This document shows, piece by piece, positions 1-10,300 of a DNA stretch of 64,000 nt. Each line of letters opens with the position of its first letter. Positions within the stretch are counted from its first letter, which is position 1. The notes beneath the pieces are model-generated. The model ran no database searches and had not been told where the DNA came from. It saw only the letters and a list, made by a program, of their open reading frames with translations. A program made the position numbers and the translations under genes. Source of the stretch: Orbicella franksi (taxonomy: Eukaryota); the NCBI GenBank assembly GCA_964199315.1, contig OZ116698.1, positions 15,748,001 through 15,812,000 on the forward strand. Direction: 5' to 3'.

Positions 1-128
1 CTCAGCTCAGCTCAGCTCAGCTCAGCTCAGCTCAGCTCAGCTCAGCTCAGCTCAGCTCAGCTCAGCTCAGCTCAGCTCAGCTCAGCTCAGCTCATCTCAT
101 CTCATGTCATCTCATGTCATCTCATCTC
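1..128. repeat. Pentanucleotide microsatellite (CTCAG)18 grading into CTCAT/GTCAT units
   Basis: Perfect CTCAG repeats at 1-90, then ctcat/gtcat variants to ~128; truncated by the window edge. Confidence 0.97.
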
Positions 129-435
129 GTCTTATTAGCGTGATACACTCAGTTTTTATCCCCGGAGCCAAGTGGTTTTTTATTTGCCTTGTGATATGAC
201 CGAGGATAGCAGTTAATTTTCGGGTACGGTCACTTCTCTCTTTTTGGTGCGAAGAACGCTACTGTGAGTGCGTATCTCTTAGAATTACCCCTAGCTCGGT
301 TCAGCAAATATCATCTGCTGTTATCAAACGGCAAGTTCTCTATCAGTACGTTCAGGCACAGAAAATGAAATAACAATGTAGGGGGAAAAAAAAGAAAGAT
401 AACAAATCACGACCAAACCATAAGGTTTGTTGAGC

Positions 436-449
436 GTTGCCAAGGCAAC
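436..449. promoter_or_regulatory. RFX X-box-like palindrome GTTGCCAAGGCAAC
   Basis: One mismatch from the GTTGCCATGGCAAC X-box consensus, within a 16-bp near-perfect palindrome (435-450); function not shown. Confidence 0.35.
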
Positions 450-499
450 GCATTGATTCCAAGGATAATCAGCTTAGTAGGGCTAACTTAAAGTCACTT

Positions 500-1735
500 T
501 GTTTAATGTCTTTTTTTATCGTGAAAGTTTGAAAATGCTATGTTGTATTATGGGGAAAAAAACCTGGTAAATGGTACTATTATAAAGTGTGTACAGTATG
601 TTTTTTAAGGAAAGAATTGTCTTGCTATACAGCTGTAGAGTCCAGGAGTCAAGGAAACAAGGTGTCGCTGAAGTCCTGAGGCCAGTCAGGCGTTCCATGT
701 ATTGTTCATCTTTGCAAGATTGCAATTTTTTGTCATTTTACCATTGCTACGGTATCAGCAAAAGACCTCAGTAAATTGGAGACAATATAAGGCAATGAAG
801 TAATTTATTCTGTTATGGGATAAATCAATAAAATGGGATTGATTACTTAATCAATAAAACAGTTTCATCGTTCACATCCTCAAGAACAATAAACAACACA
901 GTGATCGTTATGGAATTAAGGCAGTCCGTTTGTCTTCGACATAACAAAGCCTTACTCCGAAACTGATGACCTTGTGGAAAGAAGTCGATCGTCATCAGAG
1001 AGTCAAATATCACAAACGTAACGCTTTATTGTGAAGATGAAGCGATTAAACTTAACGTCTAGTTTACAAAACTTTAGGATAGTTTAACTTTGACCTACAA
1101 AAATAATTAAACACGAATCGACTCTCTTCAAAAATTACACAAGGAATTCTTTTACCCGTATCGAGACCTAAATACATCCCTGGAACCTCTCTGCACAATA
1201 AAATTTCTGCCCAAATGTCCGTGAATAAAAAATCAAATACAAAATGAAAAGTTGACAACGTTTACTTATTGACTTTTCCCTAAGCGACAATGTTCATGCA
1301 CTTATGAACTTTCAAAGTGTTGCCATACGAAGTGCAATATCAACATTTATAAAATTTTTTTATTACTTTTGAGTTAAAAAAGTTGGATTCAAACACTAAG
1401 AGTGATATATTGGTAACGTTTATCAGTTTAAATATATTAACGAAATATCTAGTTTTCCAAAAAATACGAAATTCAACAAGAAGCCTAAAGGCTTTCGCGC
1501 GGAATGCTTTGGTCGATGTACTATTAAATGCCATCAACTTTAGATGGCTATCCGCGTAGGAATAAATCCAAACAGAAAAGCTGACATCCATTTTTGCAGT
1601 TGTATTTTCTTTAACAAAAAAGGTAACAGAATGTGGTTCGCGTTCAAATTTGCATACATTTGATAGTGAGAGTATAAGCATTGTCAACATTGTACTGTCA
1701 TTCCTATGTAAAAGAGACACAAAAATGCCTCATTC
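500..1735 (-). pseudogene. Degraded, apparently intronless leucine-rich-repeat protein gene
   Basis: Minus-strand frames give LRR-like motifs IDLSHNRI (829-806), LDVKFNRF (~1062-1039), MDVSFS and LKLMAFNSTSTKAFRAKAFRLL, broken by stops and frameshifts (ORFs 1340-1720, 1064-1258, 516-725). Confidence 0.35.
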
Positions 1736-1740
1736 ATTGC

Positions 1741-1934
1741 AGTACGAGAACGAGATTAAGTACGAGTGCAATGTCCGAATTCAAACCACTGATGTTTCCA
1801 GATCAGAGCTCGCGCTCTTCTTGTTAGTTTTAGCTAGCGATAGTAGCTCGTGGGAGGAGATAGGAATGTGACGTTATAAGGTGAAAGCTGCAAACTAGAA
1901 TTGAAAAGTCGTACCCGTATTCGATCTCGTACTC
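1741..1934. mobile_element. MITE with imperfect terminal inverted repeats
   Basis: 5' agtacgagaacgagattaagtacgag is mirrored by 3' tcgtacccgtattcgatctcgtactc; non-coding interior. Confidence 0.6.
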
Positions 1935-2218
1935 AAAATTTAAATCAAATATATTTTTTCCTTTCTTTTCTTCTTCCATAACAAAGTTTAAATTTAATTT
2001 AGTCCTCTAAGGTTCCGTTAGCTTTGTTGTTCTTCACTTTCTTCAAACGTCGTAAGATTCTGTGGGACCTAATATACAACAAATGAAGTTATTGCAAAAT
2101 TATATTACAACTGCATAATAAGAAACCTTTCTGATCAAACAAAAAGACCCGATGTATAGAATCTTATGACTGTGATGTTGCACAGAATAAACCGACAGAT
2201 GACACTGGGTATGTAATG

Positions 2219-2552
2219 TTATAATCCATTCAAATTTTCGCTCGCACGCGATTGGTCTAAACTCGTAACGTGACTGAATACCCCCCAGCTTAAACTGGGG
2301 AATATTCGAGTGATTTTCCCCAATTTTCAAAAGTTGGCGTATTACGAAATTTGAAGGATAATGAACACAATAGCCCGCCCCCATATGACTTCAAAAGTAT
2401 GCTCGGATATTTGTCCTCAGGTGGACATATATTTGTTCCTCAAAGCTCACAGTTTTCCTCGAGCTTCGCTCTGGGAAAACAGTTCGCTTCTCGGAAAAGA
2501 TAATGTCCGCGGACAAACATCCGAGCATCTGTGGAGGCTATCGTTTATATAA
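2219..2552. repeat. Interspersed non-autonomous repeat (anthozoan-type)
   Basis: Recognised from memory as a common coral repeat (ttataatccattcaaattttcgctcg...ggctatcgtttatataa); no database check possible. Confidence 0.4.
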
Positions 2553-3334
2553 TCACATTAGTGTTCATCAGTAACAATCACTTTTACATCACGGAAGATA
2601 CAATTACCCAGAAACTGAATTATTAGTTAGTTTGGTTGTGAAAACGGAATACGCCATTTTCGATATATTAAAATTCCAACATTGCGCCGAGGCTTAGATG
2701 AATGAAAGAAATCACATTGAAGTTGAGACACGAATAAACTTTTCGTTCTGTTTTAGTCCCCTAAACCTCGGCGCCATTCTAGAATTTGTAATACATGAAC
2801 AGCCAGAGGCGTATACTTTCTTCTGTGCAGACAATTAAATATGCAACATTACAAATGTCCAACCACTGCTTGATTATTCTGCTTGCGTTAATTTTTTTCC
2901 GTTTACAAATGGAAGACCCGTGGCCAAGAGAAAACATATAAACAATTTATAAAAACATTCACTGACTATATACAGTGAAAAACTTTCGAGCTTTCGGCTG
3001 TCAGACTACAAAGTTTCGATCGAACTTTATATAGCCAGTTAATTTTTTCCTCCTCCAGGTTTTCCTACTACACAGTCAGTTATAGCCAGAGCTTAAGACC
3101 ATCACGACAAGGGTGATCAAGACAACAATTTTTTGTACAACATCAACACTGACCTTATAATTACGTTTCACTTTCGTGGCTTCTCCTTGTGTACCACACT
3201 AATGCATTGGCTTCAGCTCCCACTTTGAACTTGCAAAAGTTTCCTGTGGACAGACATGATTAAATGTAAATTTACTGCAAGGCATAGCGTCCCACTAACA
3301 GCACAGTTAATTCGGATTGAACTAGCGCCCCCTA

Positions 3335-3485
3335 CTGGGGCAGATCTAGGGGGAGGGTGCAGGGGGTGCACACCCCCCTCCCTGAGATTACATATTCGTT
3401 TTTTAACTTTGTTTACCTCACCAGTCAGTTACGCCATTCCTTAGTGGTGTACCCCCTCTTAAGAAAAATCCTGGATCCGCCCCTG
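3335..3485. mobile_element. MITE (CAGGGGCGGATC-type TIRs)
   Basis: ctggggcagatctagg ... cctggatccgcccctg termini; cccta direct repeat on both flanks (3330-3334, 3486-3490). Confidence 0.7.
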
Positions 3486-4659
3486 CCCTAAAGGCCAAAG
3501 AAAGAAGTCTACCACCCAATTCTGTGTTTTTTTAAATGTACCATGGATAGTAAAGAGACAGTATAGCCTTCAGGTCGGTAAATAGGGGAAAGCTGTAGAC
3601 AAAAAAAGTGAGGCGCCACGCACATCTCAGAAAGCCTACAGGACTGGCTGAGAAAACAATAAGACGAGGAACAGAAACCATGAGCCTACCCTTAACACAA
3701 AAAGTGACCGTGAAAGGGCGAACGAATGAGATTACAGATTCTGAAGAGGATCGTGGCTTCTGAAAGAAGTCAATGATGGATGACAAAAAAAGCTTGGCAA
3801 AAGAAACTGTTATCATACCCGAGAGAAAGTTCACTGAACAATTTTAAGAAAGTTGAATCACAAGAACACATGCTGCTCTTCATTTGAAAACTAACAAATA
3901 CTACAAGCGTTAGTGGGTAAGACTTACCTCTGAAACCGAGTTGAAACTGCGAAAAATTCAGCCATTTGTAAGGATTCTTTTCAAACTACACAAAAAAATG
4001 AACATAGTGATGAGATAAGGGTTTGCGCAAAAGACTCCGTAGTTGACAAAGCACTTCCTCTAACAATACTCAACGCACTAAAACAGAAACAATCACGTCC
4101 CAGTCAATTACAAGAGATCAGAGGTGTACCACTATCAGAATAATTAACAACATTATCCCACTACTATGCCATTCTACCATATAAGGTTAAGAGAACACGC
4201 AAAATGAACTCAACTCAATTGGCCGTACTGAGCGACCCAAACTGTTTTCAACACGATACAAACTCCGAAAAGTTAGCATGCCAATCACTTGTCAGTTGTC
4301 TCTTCAATTTAACATATCAAATAAACGGCATTTTGACACGCGCCTTATTCGATCGGTGCGATTTTCGGGATAATGCAGAATGTACTTCAAAAACCAGACA
4401 ACAAAATACTAGAAAATAACACGATAGTGGAATAACAAATCCCTTATTCGATGGTTTAACATGTAATGCGCAGGAACATTTTGCTTGTTGCCTGTATTTT
4501 TCCTCACCCCTTCGGGACTTGGAAAAATACCATGTAACTTACAAAGCACCCGCACGTATTAGAGCGGTTTTCAATTGAGTGTCGTAAAACCAAAACCAAA
4601 CCATTTACTTACCAATTAGACTACTCAGCCAATCTCAAACCTTAGTAAAACCAAAACAA

Positions 4660-4952
4660 AAGTCTGCATACTAGCCAAGTGGCCCATCAGGCTGGAGCTA
4701 ATCCTGGTTTCTGTAGCATGAAGCGACTAGGAGTATTTCTACTACTCTCTGGATGAGATGCTAGTCCATCGCAGGGTTACCCCCAGCATTAAGTTTGCCA
4801 GTACCCATTTATAACACCTGGGTGGAGAGAGGCACTGAGAGAGTAAAGTGTCTTGCCCAAGAACACAACACAAAGTCCCCAGCCAGGACTCGAGCCCGGA
4901 CCCCTCGATCTGGAGATGAGCGCACTAACCATGAGGCCACTGCGCCTCCCAC
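4660..4952 (-). mobile_element. tRNA-derived SINE, full length
   Basis: Minus strand begins gtgggaggcgcagtggcctcatggttag (A box) and ggctcgagtcc (B box). Degenerate copies of the same family lie at ~11200-11260, 25560-25720, 36620-36780 and 54640-54760. Confidence 0.85.
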
Positions 4953-5837
4953 CACTATTGACTTCACAAACCAGTTTCTCAGAACATGACATCCATGACA
5001 TTGCCCCCCTCACCCTACTCCAGTAAGTCCCCTAGACTAGTGTTCGACTCTAACTGCACACAATTCCTAGAACGTTCTATTAAATGAACATATATCCGAT
5101 GCACTCTTTGATAACGCGTTGTCTTTACTAATGAGATCGGCAGTTCTGGGATGTTTCCCCTACGTTACATTAAATAAAAGTTTTACATCGTGCACAACTT
5201 ACTTAGCCTCTAAACTGACAGTCTTTCTGTGTGCTGGAACAAATTAGCTATGTAGATGAATTCCTTTGTAAATCTAAAAAGAAAGCAAAAATAGATGTTT
5301 GTAACAGAAATATATACCGTATCATTAGAACAATGAAACGCTGTGTGTAAATATTTCTAGAAATTGGGGGGTTGAAGGGAGGAGCATGTGGGGTACTGTC
5401 AACTATTCAAGGCATTGGCATGGCCATGCATTCAGTCTTGAACGGGAAAGAGATTTCTAGTCAGTATTCATCCTTACAGGCTATCCAGGGCTGGGATTTG
5501 AACTGCAGTGTAACCCACTGTTGCCTGCAGTTTACCATGCGGTTAGGTTAATTCCTTTATCAGCTTAGGCCTTTACATCACTATCACAGAACATCTGTTA
5601 CAAAATTATGAAGAAATGTGTACGGAAACAAGGCACAAATCTACGAAAACAGCAATAAAATGTCTACCTTGTCCTTCATTTTTGAGGTCTTATGTGCCAG
5701 GAGGCACAAAGAAGCTAAGTAGTAAGTAGTGTCCTTCATTTTTGTGTTGCAATTCTTAACCAGGTTTTACTGATCAATATGCAAGTCAAATGTCACATGT
5801 ATATAAGATTTAAAGACTCACCACTTATGCTCTTAAA

Positions 5838-6089
5838 TCCATGGCGACCATTCTGATGAGAAGGTGTTGGAGATGGATTGGCCATGTCACCCACCAAGAA
5901 GTGTCCATCATCAAGACCACCCTACACTGGATGCTAGAGGGACAGCAAGGCAAAAGGAAATGAAGCAGATGGGAAAGACCTGACGGGGCGTTCAAGTCAT
6001 GGCAAAGGACCAGCTGATGTGGAAGGATTACGTTGCTGCCCTACCTGCCACCAAGGTGTAATGGGCAATGGCACGAGTGAGTGAGTGAC
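5838..6089 (+). mobile_element. RTE-clade LINE 3' fragment
   Basis: Translates to RRCWRWIGHV...LHW..EG / AKDQLMWKDYVAAL, typical of the RTE ORF2 C-terminus; (GAGT)n tail. Confidence 0.7.
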
Positions 6090-7135
6090 TTATGGACCCT
6101 CTTGACCTGGAGGTAGCTGTACTATTCAGGTTAGAACTGCTGGGCTTTGGATCAATTTGAAGACATAACCTAAAAACAAAGAAATCTACTTAAGTTTGTA
6201 GTTGTAACAGGATACAGCAACATACACTTGATAATAGTTTGCACCATGTTTGACAGCTACAACAACAGGATTTCTTCTTATGCCAGAAAATTAAATAACT
6301 CTTACCAGTTGAACTTCAGGTAAGTAACACTCATTATGTGCAGCTTTTCGCGAGGTTTCTGTAAGGAGAGGATCAACCGTATGTACACTTTTTTATGTGC
6401 AAGTTTTTTTCAAGATTCGTCATCTGTGATGTGGCTCCTTTAAATAAAATGTACTTAAATTTAACTAAACATGTTCAGTAACTTACCTTCCTAGCATAGG
6501 CCTCGACAAGGCACTGATTTCCTTTTCACTGTAGAAGTCTCCAATACCAGGTACTTCTACCACGGAATTAACCTCAACAAGAGCACTGACCACATCTTTA
6601 CACAAGAATCCATCACCGACGTGGTGTGTTACTTGTCATGACTATGGCCGGATTCCAAGTACATCACAAATACAGGTTTTTTAAAGTTATTGTAGATTAA
6701 ATAATTCTTGTTTAACATGAAGTCATATTTAAATGGAATCAGTGTCTTGTCCTCAGTATCATTTCTTATTACCTGTCTCCCTTTGTTTGTAATAACTTTA
6801 TTTATAATATGCACTTATAAACAATTATTTACCCAGAAATCTGTACACTGCTGTTTATACACTGTTATCATTTATATTTTTATTCTATCTATGCTGTGGT
6901 GGCATTCTGGGCTTTGATTATTTAACTTTAACTTCTGGCTGGTGCCTCAAGTTGATTCATAGTATTTCGACCAAAGAAAAGCAGTTTCCAAGTTAAAGAG
7001 CATTATGTAATTTTAATGGCATTTCCTGGCTCACTCAGTTCCGTATCAGTGACTAAGAAAATAAAACAAAGTGAGAAAAGAGTGTCACTGGGTATCCACA
7101 GTTGTCATTTTTGATTCCATTTCAATGCCTACATT

Positions 7136-7381
7136 TTATACTATGCCAGCAATGGTCTGCAAATTTTGATTTAGTTTTTGAGTCAATGCTGCCCTGTGTA
7201 CTTCAGATGATAAAATGTTGACTGAACTCTTCAGCTGCTCTCTGATATCACTGTTTGACACTGTTGGCCTGGTCACCAAGTCCAGAGTCAAGACAAATAG
7301 TTGATCCATACAGTCAGCAGGTACAAAGGTCATCACATGACAAACATGTGCAAACACAGAGACTATGACTGCCTCACTGAT
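7136..7381 (-). CDS. GEMIN4: GEMIN4 exon 12 (last coding exon)
   Basis: Acceptor cctttcag|ATC, phase 0; ISEAVIVSVFAHVCHVM...IAGIV-TAA; AATAAA at 6883-6878 and 6802-6797. Confidence 0.85.
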   Translation of the reverse strand: MSEAVIVSVFAHVCHVMTFVPADCMDQLFVLTLDLVTRPTVSNSDIREQLKSSVNILSSEVHRAALTQKLNQNLQTIAGIV

Positions 7382-10300
7382 CTGAAAGGAAACCAAGATC
7401 AAAATTTCACAAAGAGACAATGGATAAACACTATTACATAATAAATAAAGTGACTTTTGTTTAACATCCAATACATAAGGGAGACAGGGCCATCCTCTGT
7501 CACCCAAGTCTCTGGTTGCTTCCCTTTCGAAGCTCCATGCAAAAAGAAAGTACTTTGCAGTTAAGTGTGGCATGTTTCTTTATCATCTAAAAATTTACTT
7601 AATATGTGTATCAAACTTTTGAGAACTTGTAAAAGGAATGTTTCACATTGCATTCAAATTCCATATTAACTTCCAGTTGAAAATTGTATGTGAAGGAAGT
7701 AGAGTTGCAGACGCAAGAACTGGCAGGTATATTTTGCAGGTTGCAGGTTGAAATTCAATTATAACTGGAAAACCGCTGACACTTAAAAGAAACGTACAGG
7801 TGGTAAACTTACAGTGATTGTTACATGACGCTGTTTACAATTGCTCAGAAAGGTGGCTTCCACGTAAGTGCCAAACCGGCCGAAGCAACGGGAGGAGAGT
7901 ATATTCCTATGATTTTAAGCCTGCAATGAATTATTGTTTTTGAAGAAACATCTGAAATATCATCTGAAATATCTGCTGAATTTGGTTTCTTCCCTGTGAG
8001 TACCAAAATGAAAGCACACAGCTTGTGATAGTATATTCCGTCGGTTGAAATCTTATATTATTTCATTTCTTTATTTATTTGCTTCATTTGTGATGGCAAT
8101 GTTCTGTTGTTGAGGGAAGACCCAAGCCAAATCTGGAATCGATGGAAACATCTGTGGAATGGCCATCCAGATGGCTCTGAAGAGATTTGACTGGTCTCAT
8201 GCGATCAGCGTGTTGATCGATAAGTACTTATAGTGGATCGATCGTGTTTTCACTATGTGAAAGAGGCAAACTACTTTAGGTAAGAACCCCTGATGAGTAT
8301 ATAGGTTATTAATTATTTTTAGTGCCAGCGGTTCTCCAGTTATAATTAAATTTCAACCTGCAACCTGCAAAATATACCTGCCACGCAAGAACAGAAAAAA
8401 GAAGAACATCAGATCAGAACTTTGTTAGACTCACATTTTCATCCACAATTTCCTTTATTGCCGTGATGTAATGCCTTATGACATACAGTCACACATGTGG
8501 GGTGGCCCATGCAGAGCATAAGGGGCTGCGAAGAATTTCCAACATCTCAAACAACAACGCAGAAAGCTGATAGACATCTGCAAGGAAAACCAATTAATGA
8601 ATGTGCAACTAAAATATGAGCCAATACACTTCTTAAAGTGCATATGACATGAAAAATAATTTCTGCTTATTTGAAAGGCCTTTCAAAATACAGAAGGGCG
8701 TTTTTCTTTTTGAAATATCTTTTTTCGTTTTAGAGATATTGACATTTTTCTATTATGCAAATTAGATCAGTGATGACGTCATATTGTTTGCAACTAAAAA
8801 ATGGTAAAATACTGAATAAACAATATCTCTGGAAATACTGAGGCAGTGTTCTTGAAACTTGGCACCACAAATGTGAATCACAAAAACAAAATGACACCCT
8901 TACTGCTGTTGCCATAGCAACTCTTTTGGCTCCAGTCTCTTTCTGTCAAAAACCAAATATTCCCATTTGCAACCTCTAAAGTGAGACAAAGGGTCCTACC
9001 CCATATTGTCTTGACTCCCATCGTTAGATTGGGTGGGGTAGATGGTTCTTGGTTTATGACAAAAACTGGGAATTTCAGTTTTTATTAAGACAGCACCAGC
9101 AGCCAAACTGTTGTCAAACATTACCTTGATTACTTTCCTTTTTCTGCAGACAAGGAACACTTTCTGTGAAGTCAGGCTATACAGAGAGATAATGAAACTA
9201 AGTGAAGAAACTGCAGTTATCAAAATTAGTTCTACATATCCAGGAGCATAACCTATCACCTGAAACATATTAGGATAGTTATTTTCTGACAAAATACATT
9301 CCTCCAAGAGCAAAGCCAAACTAGTTGGTTCGCTGTCCTGTTATGGATGATACAATTGTGGTAAAATTACCTTTTACAAAGAGAAAGTTGGGGTAGATTT
9401 TTTCAACTGTTGCTGCAAAATGGCACTTTTTGTGTTACTTAACATCAAGAGCAGTGAGAACCTGTTCTGTTTCACCAACAGGACATAATAAATGCTTCAC
9501 ATGAAGAGTCTTTCTGCTTTTCTTAAGGTACACATAGGCTGTTGGTGAATCAGGCTAGATCACCGTTATTATTATAATTATTATTATGAGGTATTTTTAA
9601 TAACTTGTCCAGTGGTGGCACTTCATATCTTAAACTTTGACCATTTTTATAAATCAGGCTAGCATAGTGGGCTATTATACTTTCGGGTTATTGTCAGCAG
9701 TATTCTACAGAGCAACCAGTAATGTGTCATTGAATTTTAAGATTTGCCAACAATCTCCCTGGATGATGAAGAGTATCAAATTAGTCACCCATGCAGCTTA
9801 CTAGTAGTTAAGATAACCCCCGCTGCAAATTCCTTTAAGCAATGCTCAACAATAAAGCTGCCCACTTAAAAGGACAACCCCGTAAGTAAGTAATTTGTAA
9901 CATATAAGAATTGTCTTAGTTAGTCTTTAGAATAAGCACCTGTAATATACTTCTCTGGATAAGATGTCGACACATTTCAAGTATTCTCTTCCACTCTTTC
10001 CAGGTACAGTGAGGAAGAATCTATAACAACAGGAACAATACAAACCAGGCTTGACTTTCTATGCAGCAATCAATCCAAAACTATAAGTCCCACATTTCAA
10101 TTCCTAGGACAACTCAAAAACTTCTTGGATAATAGTGGGTAATTACAAGGGTTCTCTTAGTTCAAAAGCACTTCAAAGATGTCAAAGCACAATTTTATGT
10201 ACCCCTACTGGCAGGCAAAGATGATCATAAATGATTAACACACAAATAATACAATAAATAATTTACAATATTTAGAGAGGAAGCCACTTCAGTTTTGTGT

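Larger units (their letters stand above)
3150..6680 (-). pseudogene. Candidate spliced unit or decayed multi-exon gene downstream of GEMIN4
   Basis: Strong minus-strand splice sites delimit exons ending at 6487, 6306-6358, starting at 6169, 5203-5273, 3928-3985 and starting at 3243. Partial in-phase join AYARK|KPREKLHIMSVTYLKFNW|LCLQIDPKP..., but no uninterrupted ORF and no recognised homologue. Confidence 0.25.

Noticed and set aside
860-1650. Cadherin-like motifs (FEREPHSV..KEN; VLEDVND)
   Set aside because: Spacing does not fit a cadherin repeat, the motifs are in different frames, and LRR motifs explain the region better.
4789-5013. ORFs 4789-5013 and 4795-4989; tRNA gene call
   Set aside because: They are translations of a SINE; the tRNA-like head lacks a complete cloverleaf and CCA/terminator context.
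6780-7135. Selenocysteine explanation for the GEMIN4 UGA (SECIS in the 3' UTR)
   Set aside because: The codon aligns with Trp rather than Cys. The only AUGA...GA candidate (atgacaactgtggatacccagtga) has a short helix and no apical AA; no canonical SECIS seen by eye.
9125-9319. ORF 8996-9319 frame (VIGYAPGYVEL...) as a GEMIN4 exon
   Set aside because: It has no phase-1 donor to match exon 11; the 9176 acceptor in another frame fits both phases and the alignment.
9370-9538. Exon-like segment AYVYLKKSRK...VK*HKK...FVKG
   Set aside because: Internal TAA, wrong entry phase, and no room in the Gemin4 alignment.
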